Shown piece after piece: positions 41,453-55,287 of a DNA stretch of 64,000 bases. The first letter of the stretch is position 1. The number at the start of each line of letters is the position of its first letter. The stretch comes from Salpingoeca rosetta (Eukaryota; Protista; Choanoflagellata), in contig JAWQFM010000013.1 in NCBI GenBank assembly GCA_033442325.1, positions 334,069 to 398,068 of the forward strand, read 5' to 3'. The notes under the pieces were generated by a model. It did no database searches, was not told where the DNA came from, and worked only from the letters and a program-made list of their open reading frames with translations. The position numbers and the translations under genes were made by a program.

Positions 41453-43085
41453 GTGCGTGTGTGTGTGTGCGTCTGTCTGCCTGTCTGTCTGTCTGTCTGT
41501 CTGTCTGTCTGCCTGTGTCAACCTATGTTTGCCCTTTTGTCTTTTGTGGGGTCTGTCTCCCATTGCTCTGTCTCTCTGCCTCTGTGCCTCTCCGTGTGCA
41601 CGAGCGCTGGTGATTGTTACCACTCGCTGATACCTAAGTCGAATAAACGATGTGATAGCGCTGGGTCAATGAATTGAATGTGCGTGTGCCATTCCGCATC
41701 CAAGACATTGCTGGGTGAATGGTGCCGTTATTCCAGTTCATGGCCTCTTGGGTTTTGTAATGCATGCATCCAGAGCATCCTTTCGTGATGTGACACTACA
41801 AAAGCTCCTCTTGACACTTCTATTTTGTTTTGTTTGTTTGTTCTGTTTGTTCTGTTTTGTTTTGCTTTATTTATTTATTTTTGTGTGTGTGTGTGTGTGT
41901 GCGCGCGCGCTTGTGTTGCAGCTCTGCTGTTTGCTGTTTGATTGTCTCCGTGCGTGCCAATGGGTACTGCACTGGGTTGGTGTGCACGTACCTGTTGAAC
42001 AGACGTGAATCAATTACGAACATGCTTCTTGGAAACAGCGGAATTCTGTGCCTGTCCATCATTTTCCTATTATCAGCTCAACGGCTTAATGGCTCTTCTT
42101 GTTATCCAGAGACATCACATGGATCACATTGTCATTGGATTTACACTCACAACCTACATACTTTGTCCATTAAGCTTGGTCTCATCACCACCGTGATGCA
42201 TCAGGCTTTGGGCGACTACCTTGAATGCCGGGGTTGGTTGTCTTCGTGTACTCGACCTCTTCTTGAGTTGTGCTGTGTCATATTTGAGATGTCCGGTTTT
42301 TTTTTTTTTTTGTTTGGTTTGGTTTGGTTTGGTAGCTGTTGTTATTGAGGTTGGCTCGCAACGGCGTGCGCCGCAGCCAGACCGCCCATCAGCAGACCAA
42401 CGCCCGAGCACACACGTGCGCTGCTGAAGCTGCGATCCACGCTGCAACTTGCAATATTAGCCAAACTCGGCTGACATGGAATGACCTCACATCAAAACAA
42501 AAAAAAAGTGGAAATGCGGAGACCAACACACCAACACAACAAGCCAAACACAGACATCCGCCTTTACAGCATGTCATCACACCATCCACACCTGCTCATG
42601 CGATGTGCATTATTGTTCTTTCCTTCCCCCGTGTTGGCGTCCGACAATCCAACTCAAAACGCCACACAACATATGACAAGGAAAGAACCACTTCCCAACA
42701 GCAACACAACAGCAACACAACAGCGACACCGCAACAATCATTCGCTGGTCATGCAACTCCCTTGCCACCCTCTCACCCCATCGCACAAGCACATTCATAA
42801 AACCAGTAAACCAGCAAGCAGCACAACTCCCTCCAACATACAATATCCGCACGCTCTTCCTTCGTTGCACAACAGCTGAAGGACAAGAATTGGATGCAGT
42901 CCAGTCATTTTCATAACAATCAATACAATCAAGCCAAGCATGCGTGCTCGCACACCCCACGCCACAACCAGAGTAACAACCTAACAACACAGCAATGGCA
43001 TTCTCACAACACAACATCATCAGGCAGTACGTAACACGTACGCTCTTGCGCGCGCTGCCCCAACTCATGCAGCGCATGCCAATTA

Positions 43086-44598
43086 CTAAGCCACGTGCTG
43101 CTTCTCTTCCCAGAGCAGAGCAAGCGGAGAGGTGCAATCAACCATGGCCACATCCACAGGCACGGCACCGCCACCCCACGGGCTCACCACCCCAACGCAC
43201 ATGCCCTCACACGCCGTGACAGCCAGAGTGCCATTCTGCTCCCGAAACACAACCCCTCCCTCGTCCCCCTTCTTCAGCTTCCACATCATCATGGGATCGC
43301 CAATCTGGCACTCGGACAAGCGGTGGGGAACAAGGTAGCTCATTTCTGCCATCGCAGCCGCTGGGTTGCTCAGTGCACCACCATGATCGCCATCCATCGT
43401 CCACTTGGCCAGCCCATCACACGCCCCAGCCTGCACCTCAGCCGTGCTGCTGTTGTCCACGGCCCGCAAGCACAACCCGCTCGTCGCTGTGGCGAAGAAC
43501 ACACCCTGCGCAGGTGCAGGCGGCGGTAGTGGTGGTGATGGCGACGGCGGTGGGAGGGGTCCAGGCGGCTGCCAGGGCCCCCAGTAGCCATGGTACGGCC
43601 CCTTTGCAGCTGCTTTGGCGGCGGGGTCACCCCTGTTATCGCCGGGGGTCTGGTAATATGTGGCGTCGTATGCAGCCGCGCGGGCAAGCAGCTGGCGCAA
43701 GAGCTGTGGGCGTTCGCGTGCAAGGTCAACGTGCTCCGTTTCATCCGCCTGCAGGTCAAACACACACCCCGGGTCGCACACGACGCTGGAGTTGCTGCCG
43801 TCGTCGGTGGAGTTGGGCATGTGCACGCCCGGGTAGAAACCGTACGGCTGCTTCCCACGCACGAGTTTGTACTGGCCCGAAATGAGAGCTGACGCTGCCA
43901 CGGGGATACCGCCAGAAAGGGGCACGTCAACCCTGGGTGAGGTGCTGTTAGCGCCCGTGAGCATGGGCCACATGTCGAAGCCGTCGATGGGTGGGAGGTT
44001 GCTACGTGCGGCGCGGTGGTCCGTCGGATCCTCGCCAGCAAGCCGCGCCAGCGTGCTGTACCAGTCACATACGTGCATCAGCCCATGCACGTTCGTGCCC
44101 ACCATATTCTTGGGCACGACGCCACCGGACACAAACGCCACTGCTCGCACACCGCCCTCAAAGTCTGCTGTCTTGGCACCGCGAAACGGGTAGTTGTTGG
44201 CGTGGTCGTGCGGGCCCCCGTTGTCTGCACGCATGCACGAAGGGAAGAAGGGTAGGTACTGGTGGTGAGCAAACGAATGCTCATTCGAACTGTCAGGTGA
44301 ACAGGGTGATGACGCAGACACGCGCACAGGCACGCAAAAGAGGGGGGGGGGGAACAACAGTCAACCAGAGACGACGCAGGGTGATAGAAGAGCTGCAAGA
44401 CAACAGGGTATGTACTTACACATACATGTACACACGTGTTCACGACAAAAAAAACAACAACAATCTCACACGTACAACACACGCACACGCACACACTTAC
44501 ACACACACGCACACACTTACACACACACGCACACACGCACACACACGCACACACACACACACGCACACACACACACACACACGCATATACACGCACAC

Positions 44599-44662
<64 letters not shown>

Positions 44663-45710
44663 ACACACGCACACACACACACACGCACACACATGTGCAC
44701 ACCACAGCAGGGCAACAATCAGTCTATCATCGACACCACAACCACGGCAGCCAACCTGATGAGAAGATGATGAGCGTGTCATCGAAGAGACCAGCGCGAC
44801 GAAGCGCGAGCGTGACGTTGTTGATGGCCTCATCCACGGCAGATACCATGGCCAGGCAGTGCTTCCGTGGCCGGTAGTCCACGTCAGGATACTTGTCCAG
44901 AAACCTGTCTGGGACTTCGAGTGGCGAGTGCACGTTCTGAAACGCCAAGTACAGAAACAGCGGCGTTGTGGGATCATGCGCGTGGATGATCCTCTCTGCC
45001 TCACGCGCGTACATGAACGTGCCATAGGTTCCGTTCTCGCCATACGCAGGCTGCGTGTCCCGCCACAAGTCAACGTAGCCCTGCCGGATCTGCGAGTAGT
45101 GGTGCTCCGCGCCAGAAAGGTAGCCGAAGCTGCTGTTGAACCCGCGGTGCACTGGCAGGCGGTCCGGTGAGCTCATACCACAGTGCCACTTGCCAACTTG
45201 ATGCGTGGCGTACCCGGCGCGCTGCAGCACCTCCGCCAACGTCGTCATGTTCTGATCAATGCCGCCGCCAGGTACGGGTGGCGGGCGGTTCTCCTGGTTG
45301 ACGTGGATCGGCAGTCGCCCAGAGAGCAGCGAGCTCCTGGTCGGAGAGCAATACTTGTAGGTGTAGAAGCGGCGAAGCATGGTTCCGTTGCGTGCCAGCT
45401 CATCAATGTGTGGTGTCAGCGGCTCATCGTTTGTGACGCCCGTGTTGGCGTACCCAAGATCGTCCACAAGGAAGTACACAATGTGCGGTGGTGGATGTCT
45501 TCTCATCTTGTTCTCCTTACCGCGGAGACCATGAGCCGCAACTTTACTGTCACCAGCATCAGCATGGTTGTCGTGGTGGTCCTGAGGGTGGTGGTTCAGC
45601 TGTTTGTCGCCGTTGCCCGCCACACCTGCCGCCCGAATACCCTTGTCCAATCCGGCCATGACACAGACAAGCACCACAACCAACATCGGCCTCACCATCA
45701 TCATCGTCAT
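43086..45710 (-). CDS. Secreted arylsulfatase (ARSB/I/J-like) with Pro-rich linker and C-terminal ricin-B-like domain; one intron (44225-44755)
   Basis: PPHIVYFLVDDLGY, formylglycine motif CSPTRSSLLSGR, GYATHQVGKWH, LFLYLAFQNVHSPL, IIFSS|DNGG across the intron, NNYPFRGAK...FEGGVR, MHVCDWYSTL; hydrophobic N-terminal signal. Confidence 0.93.
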
Positions 45711-45991
45711 CGTTTCTCGCCGTCGAAAATTCACAAACACCACAACGAATTGTCCACAAGCAAACACAAACAAACACGGCTGCGCTCAGTGTGCAAGCAA
45801 GAAGCAAGCAAGCAAAAGCAAAGTTGCCACTTTTCTCTTGTTGTTGCTTGTTGCTTTTAGTTAGTGCTTTGTTGCCGATCATCGCTTGCTGGACCTACCA
45901 CTGCGCACCACACCACACCACACCACACCACACAGCCTGGATCAACACATACGACACACAAGCAAGCAAACAAGCAAGCAAGCAAGCAAGC

Positions 45992-46613
45992 ATGGCTCAC
46001 CGTGGAGTTGAGGGTGCCTTTGGCGACCTGGCCGAGCGCCGCGCTCGCGTAAGCAGCTTGTGCTCACATGGCACTGGTTGACGGTGTTGATTCGTTACGC
46101 ACGCACGTTCTCGCTCTCCTGTTGTTGTTTCTGACCCTCTTCATATCAACTCACTCACATGCAAACACACATGCAAACACACATGCAAACACACATGCAA
46201 ACACATGCAAACACACACACACACACACACACAGGTGGACAGCAAGTATGACAAGGAGCTGGAGAAGATCCACATTGCCTTTATTGAGGCCAACACAGGC
46301 GAGAAAATGACAGGCACCTTCCAGGAGTGGCTCAAGTCCGGGGTCGTCCTGTGCAAGTGAGCTTAGTTTCAATTGCTCGATTGATCGTGGCTTGGTGCAT
46401 CCTACCAGCCACCCTGCTCATCACCGTTGCTTGCCCCTTCACTCATGTGCGTGCAGCTTGATCAACGCCCTGCAGCCGGGATCTGTGAAGAAAATTCACC
46501 CTGGATCTATGGCATTCAAGCAGGTGAGGCCGACCTCCACAACTCGCATTCTGACCCCACAATCACAAACACGCAAAGCGACCAGCACAAGCCTTTCTCA
46601 TCAACTCACTCGC

Positions 46614-46656
<43 letters not shown>

Positions 46657-47191
46657 GACACACGCGCACACACACACATACACACACAACAAAGATGGAG
46701 AACATCTCCAACTTTCTGACGGCGCTGCCGGCCTATGGCGTGCGCCCCGAAGACGTGTTCCGCACCTCTGATCTCTACGAGGGCGTCGACATGACAGCGG
46801 TGCGTAACGATCGCGCGCGTGCGTGCGTGTGTGTGTGTGCGTGTGCATGTGCGTGTGGTTCTCTATTCTGGGGGGTCGTACAAGTTCGGTATGGAACGCA
46901 CATGTATGCACATGCGGTTGCTTGCTTGTCCGTGAAGATGCGGTAATCAATACTGCAATCATCTGACACAAGCGATGTGTGTCTTCCTGCTGCACCTCTA
47001 CACGCGCGTGTTTGTCTATCTTCGTCATCGCCTCCCCCTTGGCTTCTCAACATGCCCGTCCCTTTTTTTGACTTGTTTGTTTCAGGTTCAACTCTGCCTC
47101 GAGAACGTGCGCCGCGTAGCAGACATGAAGAAGAAGGTGTGACAGCCTCATTCAGGCTCCTCCCACAACACACCCACACTACAGCACACGT

Positions 47192-47259
<68 letters not shown>

Positions 47260-48301
47260 CTCATGTTCACACTCTCATGCACACGTGAGCACACCTTGTG
47301 TGGATCCCTTGTTAAATCACATCACTGCCACTGCTGCTGCTGTCATCTCTGTTTTCAGGGCGTCAAGGTTGAGGCGCAGGCCCCGCAGCGAAACCCGGTG
47401 TCGCTTCCAAAAGGCAGCGCCAAGCTCGGTGAAGTGAAGGCCCCCGCCAGGTGAGGCAGTGGGCACGACGGGCGAGGTCGTGGGGTTATGTCAGAAGCTG
47501 CAAGGGCTGATTGCCTTGCGTGTGTGTCATGTTCACTCGGTTTCACCCAACCCATCAGCTTACACACAGATACGCACACGTACACAAAACCGCACACACA
47601 CACACACACACATACAACAGCAGCGGCAGCGGGCCAAAGTATGCTGAAGCGAAGACGGACGACGCGGCGTACGGCGATCTGGCAGAGCGAATGGCGCGCT
47701 TGAAGTCAAAGTACAACCCGGAGGTGGAGAAGGAGGTGCGGGCGTGGATTGAGAAGAAGACCGGGGAGAAAGTGGAGGGTGACTTCCAGGCCGCCTTGCG
47801 TGATGGTGTCATCCTGTGCAAGCTGGCAAATGCCATCAAGCCTGGTGCGGTTGCCAAGATCAACCAGTCCTCCATGGCCTTCAAGCAGGTACGCTCGTGG
47901 ATGTGTGTGTATGTGCTGTTGAATGCGCGTGCGCGCGTGAGAGTGGTCCTCTGTTCCATTGCGTACGTGGTTTTATGAACCTCACATACTTGGTTGCCAC
48001 ATACTCATCGCAATCCACACACACACACAAAACACAACACAACACAACACAACACAACACAACACACACACACACACACACTCCCACACACACACACACA
48101 TACACACACACACATACACACACACATACACACATACAAACAAACAACGGCCAGATGGAGAACATCAGCAACTTTATTGAGTTTGCGCGCGGCGCCGGAA
48201 TCAGCTCGAGCGATCTCTTCCAAACGGTCGCCCTGTACGAGGGAGAGAACATGACACAGGTCCTCTTGACCCTCGACAACCTCAAGCGCAAGCACCCCTG
48301 A
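45992..48301 (+). CDS. Calponin/transgelin/MP20-like actin-binding protein with two tandem type-3 CH domains
   Basis: Repeat 1: SKYDKELE...FQEWLKSGVVLCNLINALQPGSVKKI...MAFKQMENISNFL...DVFRTSDLYEG. Repeat 2: SKYNPEVE...FQAALRDGVILCKLANAIKPGAVAKI...MAFKQMENISNFI...DLFQTVALYEGENMTQV. Confidence 0.9.
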
Positions 48302-48698
48302 ACATATCCACCCGCACTCGTTTGCTCCATTGCCTTTGCATGCTGGTCTGGTTGCTTGCGTCCTTGTTTGAGTGCTTGTGGCTGCGCACGCGCGTGCATA
48401 CGCAAAATGGCGTGTCTCGAAGGACAGCCAGCCAGTAAACCTCGTCTTTTTGTGTTGATTTGATTGCTTTGGTGTAACTTGCATGGCATGTATTGGGGTG
48501 CAGAGTGGGTTGCAACCACAGCCACGACAACCGCCACAACAACAACATCATCCATCAACCGACAGCAGCGAACGTACTCGCTCAACATCCATCACCCAAA
48601 CTTCAAAAAGCTGCAACGTACAACATTATGTGACACCATCAAACCCACCATCAAACCCGACGACAAAGCACCCCCCCCCAACGCACAACAACACAATA

Positions 48699-51571
48699 TC
48701 ATTCACTGTCGTCACTTGGTTGGAGGCAAAACGAGGGCGCCGGCACAACGCGCAGCGCACCGGAATCGCACCCGAGCACACACACGCCGCCATCAAGCGC
48801 CGCCGTGACGCAAGTTGGCAGCGCATTACGCAATCCAGCAGGTTTCCACACTTCAACACTCGGCAGCTGCGATGCCATCCCACCAAGCAAACCACCAGAG
48901 CCACCATTACCAGCGCCAGTGGTGGCCGCCTTGCACACCCCGGGCATGTAGTAGAGCTTTGAGCTGCCGTTCACAGCAACAGCGTCGCCACCGGCAAGAA
49001 CAAGAACATCTGTGGCCGTGTGGTCACCGGTCGGCAGCACAGATGACACATGTCTGTCTGCCACCGTCACCACACTGCACCTGTGCTCCGACGCTACCAG
49101 CACGCGACCGCCACCGCAGTCCGCCAAGCAGTGCACGGCCGCCTGCTCTTCACGCGGCGCCCAGCCGCCAACAACCTCGCCCATGCGGGCATCCAGCACG
49201 CCCACTCGCCCGCCGTATGTTCCACAGCACAGGTGCTCGCCTCCATGCATCAGCGCAAGCGCTGTCACCGCGTCCCGCTCGTGGGCAAAGCTGTCTGGCA
49301 GCACCTTCCACGTGAACGCAAACCCCTTTGCGCGCGGGTCAAACGCAGACACCTCTGCATCGGAGTGACCGACGAAGACGACGCCGTGCATGGGCGCTGG
49401 CAGCATCGTGTGCAGCTCCGCCCCCTGCAGAGACACCACTGCCTCCGTGTGACCCGTATGCGGGGACCACATGTGCACCTCCTCAGCGTCGCACGACAGC
49501 AGGCGCTCGGCCCACGCCGCGCACACCACGCTGGCAACGGACCGCCGATGGTGTTCGTACACATACACGCACTCGCCGCTCCCGTATGGAAGCCTGTCGC
49601 TGTCATCACCGCCTGCAGCAGCAGCGCGACCACTGAGATGGAGGCTGTGCGGCGACGGGGTGGTGGCTGCTGTTGGTGTTGCTGCGACCGACACAGTCGC
49701 GGATGATAATGGCGGTGGCGGCCAGTTGTACAGCAGCGATGATCGGGAGGACGTCGATGCGGGCAATGACGACGGCAGCGATGACAGCGACGAAGGTGGA
49801 AGCACCATGCGGTCGCTCGCAGCGTCGCCCCACAGCAGGCGGCTGGCGCTGGTACGACGACTCGTGCTGGCACTACGGCCACGCACGTGGGTGCTGCGTG
49901 TTTGGGATTGAGGAGAAAATGCTCCACCCCCCTGCGCAGCTCCAAACACATCGCCACCATCTGCACCACCAGTGGCGGTGCTCGTGCTCGCCCATGCCGT
50001 TGCTGCTGACGCTGTTGGGTCATGATGTTGCTCATCATGCACATGTCGGTGGTACTGCTGGTGATGAGCGTGGCGATTTGGGGATAGGACAGACCACAGT
50101 CGCACTGTCTTGTCCCGACCAGCAGAGGCAACAGCTTCACCCCACGCACCAAACGTGCACAGTGCACGTACGCGGTGTTTGTGCGACGGGCCCTTGAGCG
50201 ACCGCGCACGCATATCAGCAGGCGCCACCACACCCGCAGGAACAGGGGCGCTGGTGGTGGTGCGTGGCACAACGCCCTCTGCCCGCCACCGCGCGAACGT
50301 CATTCCAAACCAGAAGGCCTCGTCCTCCCGTCTCGCCGCCACAGCTGCTGCCGCCTTCTTTGCACTCATCGCCATTCGCCCACCACTGCCACTGCCCAGT
50401 CGCCCGCCACCCGCGCTGGCTGCCGTTGTTGTCGTTGTCGGCGTTGCTGTGGCGGTCGTGGTTGGTGGCGACACCATGTCTGCTGGGGGTATTGCTGACG
50501 ACAACGACGGTGATGATGGTGATGGTGCGATGGGGAAGGCTGCGGGTGTTGGCGAGAATGGTGACGTCTGGGAATTGTGGGCTGCGCTCGCAACCGCCGT
50601 TCTTGTCCTCGTTGACGGCGTTGGTGTCGAGGGGCCATCGCTCCCCTGCTGGTGGTGCTGGTGGTGCTGGTGGTGCTGGTGCTGGTGCTGGTGCTGGTGC
50701 TGTTGTTGTTGTTGTTGGTGTTGGTCATCGTGCACGGTGGAGACCACGACTGCGTCGTTGTCTTCCGTCACCCGCCACTGCCGGCGCCCCTCCGCAACCA
50801 TCCTCGGACCCGACACATGACTGCCACTGCTGTCCTGGCCAGTGTTGCTCGCATTAGCAGCGTGCGCTTTTGCCGCCACAGTGCTGTGCGCTGTGGTGTT
50901 GTTGTCACCTCTCGCACGTGTGTCGCGCACCGAATTGTTGCTGGCCACTTCCTTGGTGTCGGTTTGCGGCGATCGCGGCGGCGGGAACAGCATGGCCACG
51001 GCCTCATCGGCCTCGTCTAGGTGATCATACATGATCTTTTCCAACACGCCGTGGTGCGGGATGGTTGCGCGTAGCTGATGCTGTCCAAGTCTCTGGCACA
51101 GCTGCTGGTAGATCCCGGCTGCAAGTTGGGGCGTGCACGCTGTTTGCGGTTGGCGCCGCCGGTGTGTTGCCCGACCGCGCCTCTCCTGGTCGCCACGATC
51201 AATGGCCGTGGCGGGTGTGGAGGTGGAGGCAGTGGTGGAGGCAGTGGCGTTTCCATTGCTCGCTGCCGTCACTGTCAGTGCTGTGTTGTCACTTGTGCCG
51301 GTTGACGCGTCTTCACCACCATCATCATCACCACCACCATCACCATCGTCATCGCCATCGTCATCATCATCGCCACTGTGCTGCGTATCGCTGTCACGGT
51401 GCCCGCCCCTGCGAGACGTGCCCTGCGCAAAGAGGAACGGCTCTAACAGACACTTGACGCTCGGCAGAAGTGTTGCGAGCGCTGTATCGCGCCCGACGGC
51501 GTTGCACATGGTCAGGACGAGACGTGCAGCAGCCAGCAGCAATTCGCGCTGCGCTTCCACCTCACTCGACA

Positions 51572-51613
<42 letters not shown>

Positions 51614-52306
51614 CCTGCTGCTCACTCTGGCCATCGCTGTCAGTACCGGGCGTGCCTGCTGCCCGCGGTTCCTCGTCTTCTTGCTGTTCTTCTTCGCCTT
51701 CTTCAGTCACGGCATCTCCGTGCATTCGTGTCGTTGCATCGACCTGCGACAGCTCTCTTGTCATGCGGTCCTCAATCAGAAGGGCGTGTGTCGTTGCCAT
51801 TGCCGGCTGCAGCAGCGACTCGTGCACGCGTCGGCAGTATGAAGCGGTGAGAAGGGAGGGCTGCACACACACGGACATGTGCACAGCACTGATGGCAGCC
51901 GCCCACACTTGCTGCGATTTGCTCTGTGAAAACATGTATGCGTGTGTGTGCGCGCGTGAGTGGGGGGAAGTATTGATGTCGTGCAACGATGCGTGTTGTG
52001 TCCAAGATGCGAGTGAAACAAAGTTGAGCTTGGATACGAGGCTAAATTGATGGTGGACATGGGAAGGCAACGACAAACTCATATGCAACGGGCACACACA
52101 GATGGCACACACACGTGCACATACCCACACCTCTGCTGCTAGTTGTGCAATGAGAGAAGTCAGCCACTCCGAGACGTGGCGGCCACCAGTCGCCAGGAAC
52201 ACCGCCAGCACCTGATGAAGGCGTAGCGCGGCAGTCATTGCAGAAGGATGCGAAATGCAGTGAGCTGGAAGGCAGCAGTTGGTCCCATATATTGCAGCCA
52301 CCACGC

Positions 52307-52402
<96 letters not shown>

Positions 52403-53409
52403 TCACCGCCCACTCACCTCAAACAGCGTGTCAAGGCACTCCTCTGCCACGTGCATGTGCGCGTGTGCACATCCGGCGATGAAGACGAGGGTGAAGCGAG
52501 CGAGGTCCGGTTTGGGATGGCGAGACACAACAGCGGTGATGGCATGGCACACGAGCGGCAGTCCGCGCGGTGGGAGGTGGCGCATTGCCTGGGTTTGTCT
52601 GTGTCGGAGGTGTTGTTGGGTGATGGAAGGGAGGGGGGAGGATGGGTGGCAGTAGAAGCAAGTGGACACATGCACCCGTGCGCACGTCGACGAATGCACA
52701 CCCACACTCACACACTCACACACCCACAGACCCACAGACCCACACCCACACACACACACCCACACCCACCCACACACACCCATACCCACCCACCCACACC
52801 CACACATGCACACACACACACACCCACGCGTGCGCGCATACCTACCGCAAGACAATTTGCTCTGGATGGTCGCTGGTGATGGCAACATGCAGCGGCTTGA
52901 TGACGGCGAGCGTCTGCGCCACCCAATCAGGAAGGCGGACAAGAGGAAAAGCGGAGACACGATCCAAAAACCGGACAGCAGGGACGAATTCTGCACCAAC
53001 AAGCACGCGCTCAACCACTGTATTAACGCCAGGCAATGAGCAGGAGGTAGTCGGGTTAGCAAGACTGGTAACGTGCGCATTCCTGTGGTTGAGTGTTGAG
53101 TGTTGTGGTGTTGCGTGCTGTGTTCGTACGCATAAGTTTGTACGCATATGCGTACGTTCATATGTGTGCATGTGCTGGCGTAACGCCACAAAGCGGGAGG
53201 GGGGGGGGTTGACGTTTGGTGAAAGCGAACGTACAATGTCGAAGCGAAGGGGTAATTTCACCGAGACATTTCTTGGCCTCCTGCAATCAGACAGGACAAA
53301 CAGGAGCGAGGACATAACGGGCACCGCGACATCTGACGTGAGCGTTGTCTTTCCTTCGACTGGTGGTCAGGGTGGGGACAACAATGCCGGATGGAGTGTG
53401 CACAGAATG

Positions 53410-53475
<66 letters not shown>

Positions 53476-54894
53476 TGGCCACCAACGAGGTGCGCAACGC
53501 AATTGCGATCAAATCACAGCCTGTTACCTCGCGAATGCCAAACACATGTGCCGGCTCCGTGTGTCCGTACACGCGGAGAGACCAGATGCGACTGATGATG
53601 GTGGTCGGGCACGAGGGAAGTGGGGAGGGGTTCACAAATGGTTACATGGGCAGAGGTGACCAGGGTAAGTGTAGCATCACAACCAAACGCGCAGGCAAGC
53701 CTACACACTGGCACAAGGCAGCAGACAGACATAGAAACACACACTCATCCGCACACACACACATTCACAGAGCATGCGCATACGCACACCTACACGCATG
53801 TTACCGTGGGTGAGCAATACAGGCGACGACGGCAGCAAGTGACAGCACGTCCCAGTGCTGGTGGGAGTGCAGTTGCGGCGATTGAGGCGTTCGCGGCGGC
53901 GCCAACAGCGCATCCGACGAGAGCAGCGCTTGCATCGTGTTGTCGTCGTCATTGCAACAATGACGATCAAGGCCGTGGTAGGAACCACCACCACATTTCT
54001 GGAAATGAGGGCACGTGGTCGTGTTGGTATATGTGCGTGTGTGCGTGTGTTTGTGTGTGTGTGTTTGTGTGCGTGTGTGCGTGTGTTTGTGTGAGTCTGG
54101 GACATGTACGGATATGGCACTCATAAATTTATCACACACCTTACTCACCCACAGTTGCCCACATTCACCCGCGCCAATCGCATCAACTACATCAACCACA
54201 GCCACACGAATGATCACACTATCAATATCGACGGGCCACGCCACACCGCATCACACCACCCTTAGCCGTGCTCACCGTGCGGTGTGCAAGCCTTGGCGGG
54301 TGCGGCCGAAGAAAGAGCTGAACGGGCGCATCTGTGCCCGACAGAGACGTGCGCGGTTGTGCGAGTGGGAGGTGGACGTTCTTTGCGTCGACGGCTGCAG
54401 GGAGGGAGAGAAGATGGCCAAAGCACAGATCAATCCAGTGGTGCAGGTGCCGTGACACATGCGCACTCTCAAGCAGCTGGGGAGAGAAGGGAGGCGGGGT
54501 TGAGGGTGTGCATGTGCATGTGTGTGTGTGTGGGGGGGGGGGAAGTGAATGTATGTGTGTGGGCGTGAGTGTGGCCTGTCGAGGTTTGTTGAATGGTTGT
54601 TGGACTGTACACGCTGACACGGAGCAAGACAAACCAAACCGTCCAAGCCAATAGCGGTGACGACACAGACAGACAGACATGCAGATACACACGCAAACAC
54701 ACCTCGCGGTGGACGGTGATGAAGTGTTCTGGGGAGTCTGCCCAGGCCGGCAGGGCAAGATCGCCCATGTCTGCGTGTGTACTGATGAATATGGACGGGT
54801 CTGTGAAGAATTCGGGAATGCACTCGTCCGGGGTGAACGCAAACAGGCGCGCCTGGTGGTGATGGTGGTGGTGATGATGATGATGATGATGATC

Positions 54895-54975
<81 letters not shown>

Positions 54976-55249
54976 AGAATGGCGGTCGGTAGGTCGTGAG
55001 GAGCATGTTGGCGCGAGCGCGGGAATGCCACATCGAGCATCACGCAATCAGGTTGTGCTTGGTCTTGGTCGCGTGTGTGCTTGGTAGTGTGTGCGTGTGT
55101 AAGGGAAGAGGCGTTGCATCAATACCATGGAGACGGGGTATTCGTTTGGTTCCCAGCGTCTGCGGACATATGTGCACAGGACAGGGCGCGGTGTTCGCCG
55201 GGCGCGATAGAGAAAATACGTCAACTGTTGCACACACACACGCACACAC

Positions 55250-55287
<38 letters not shown>

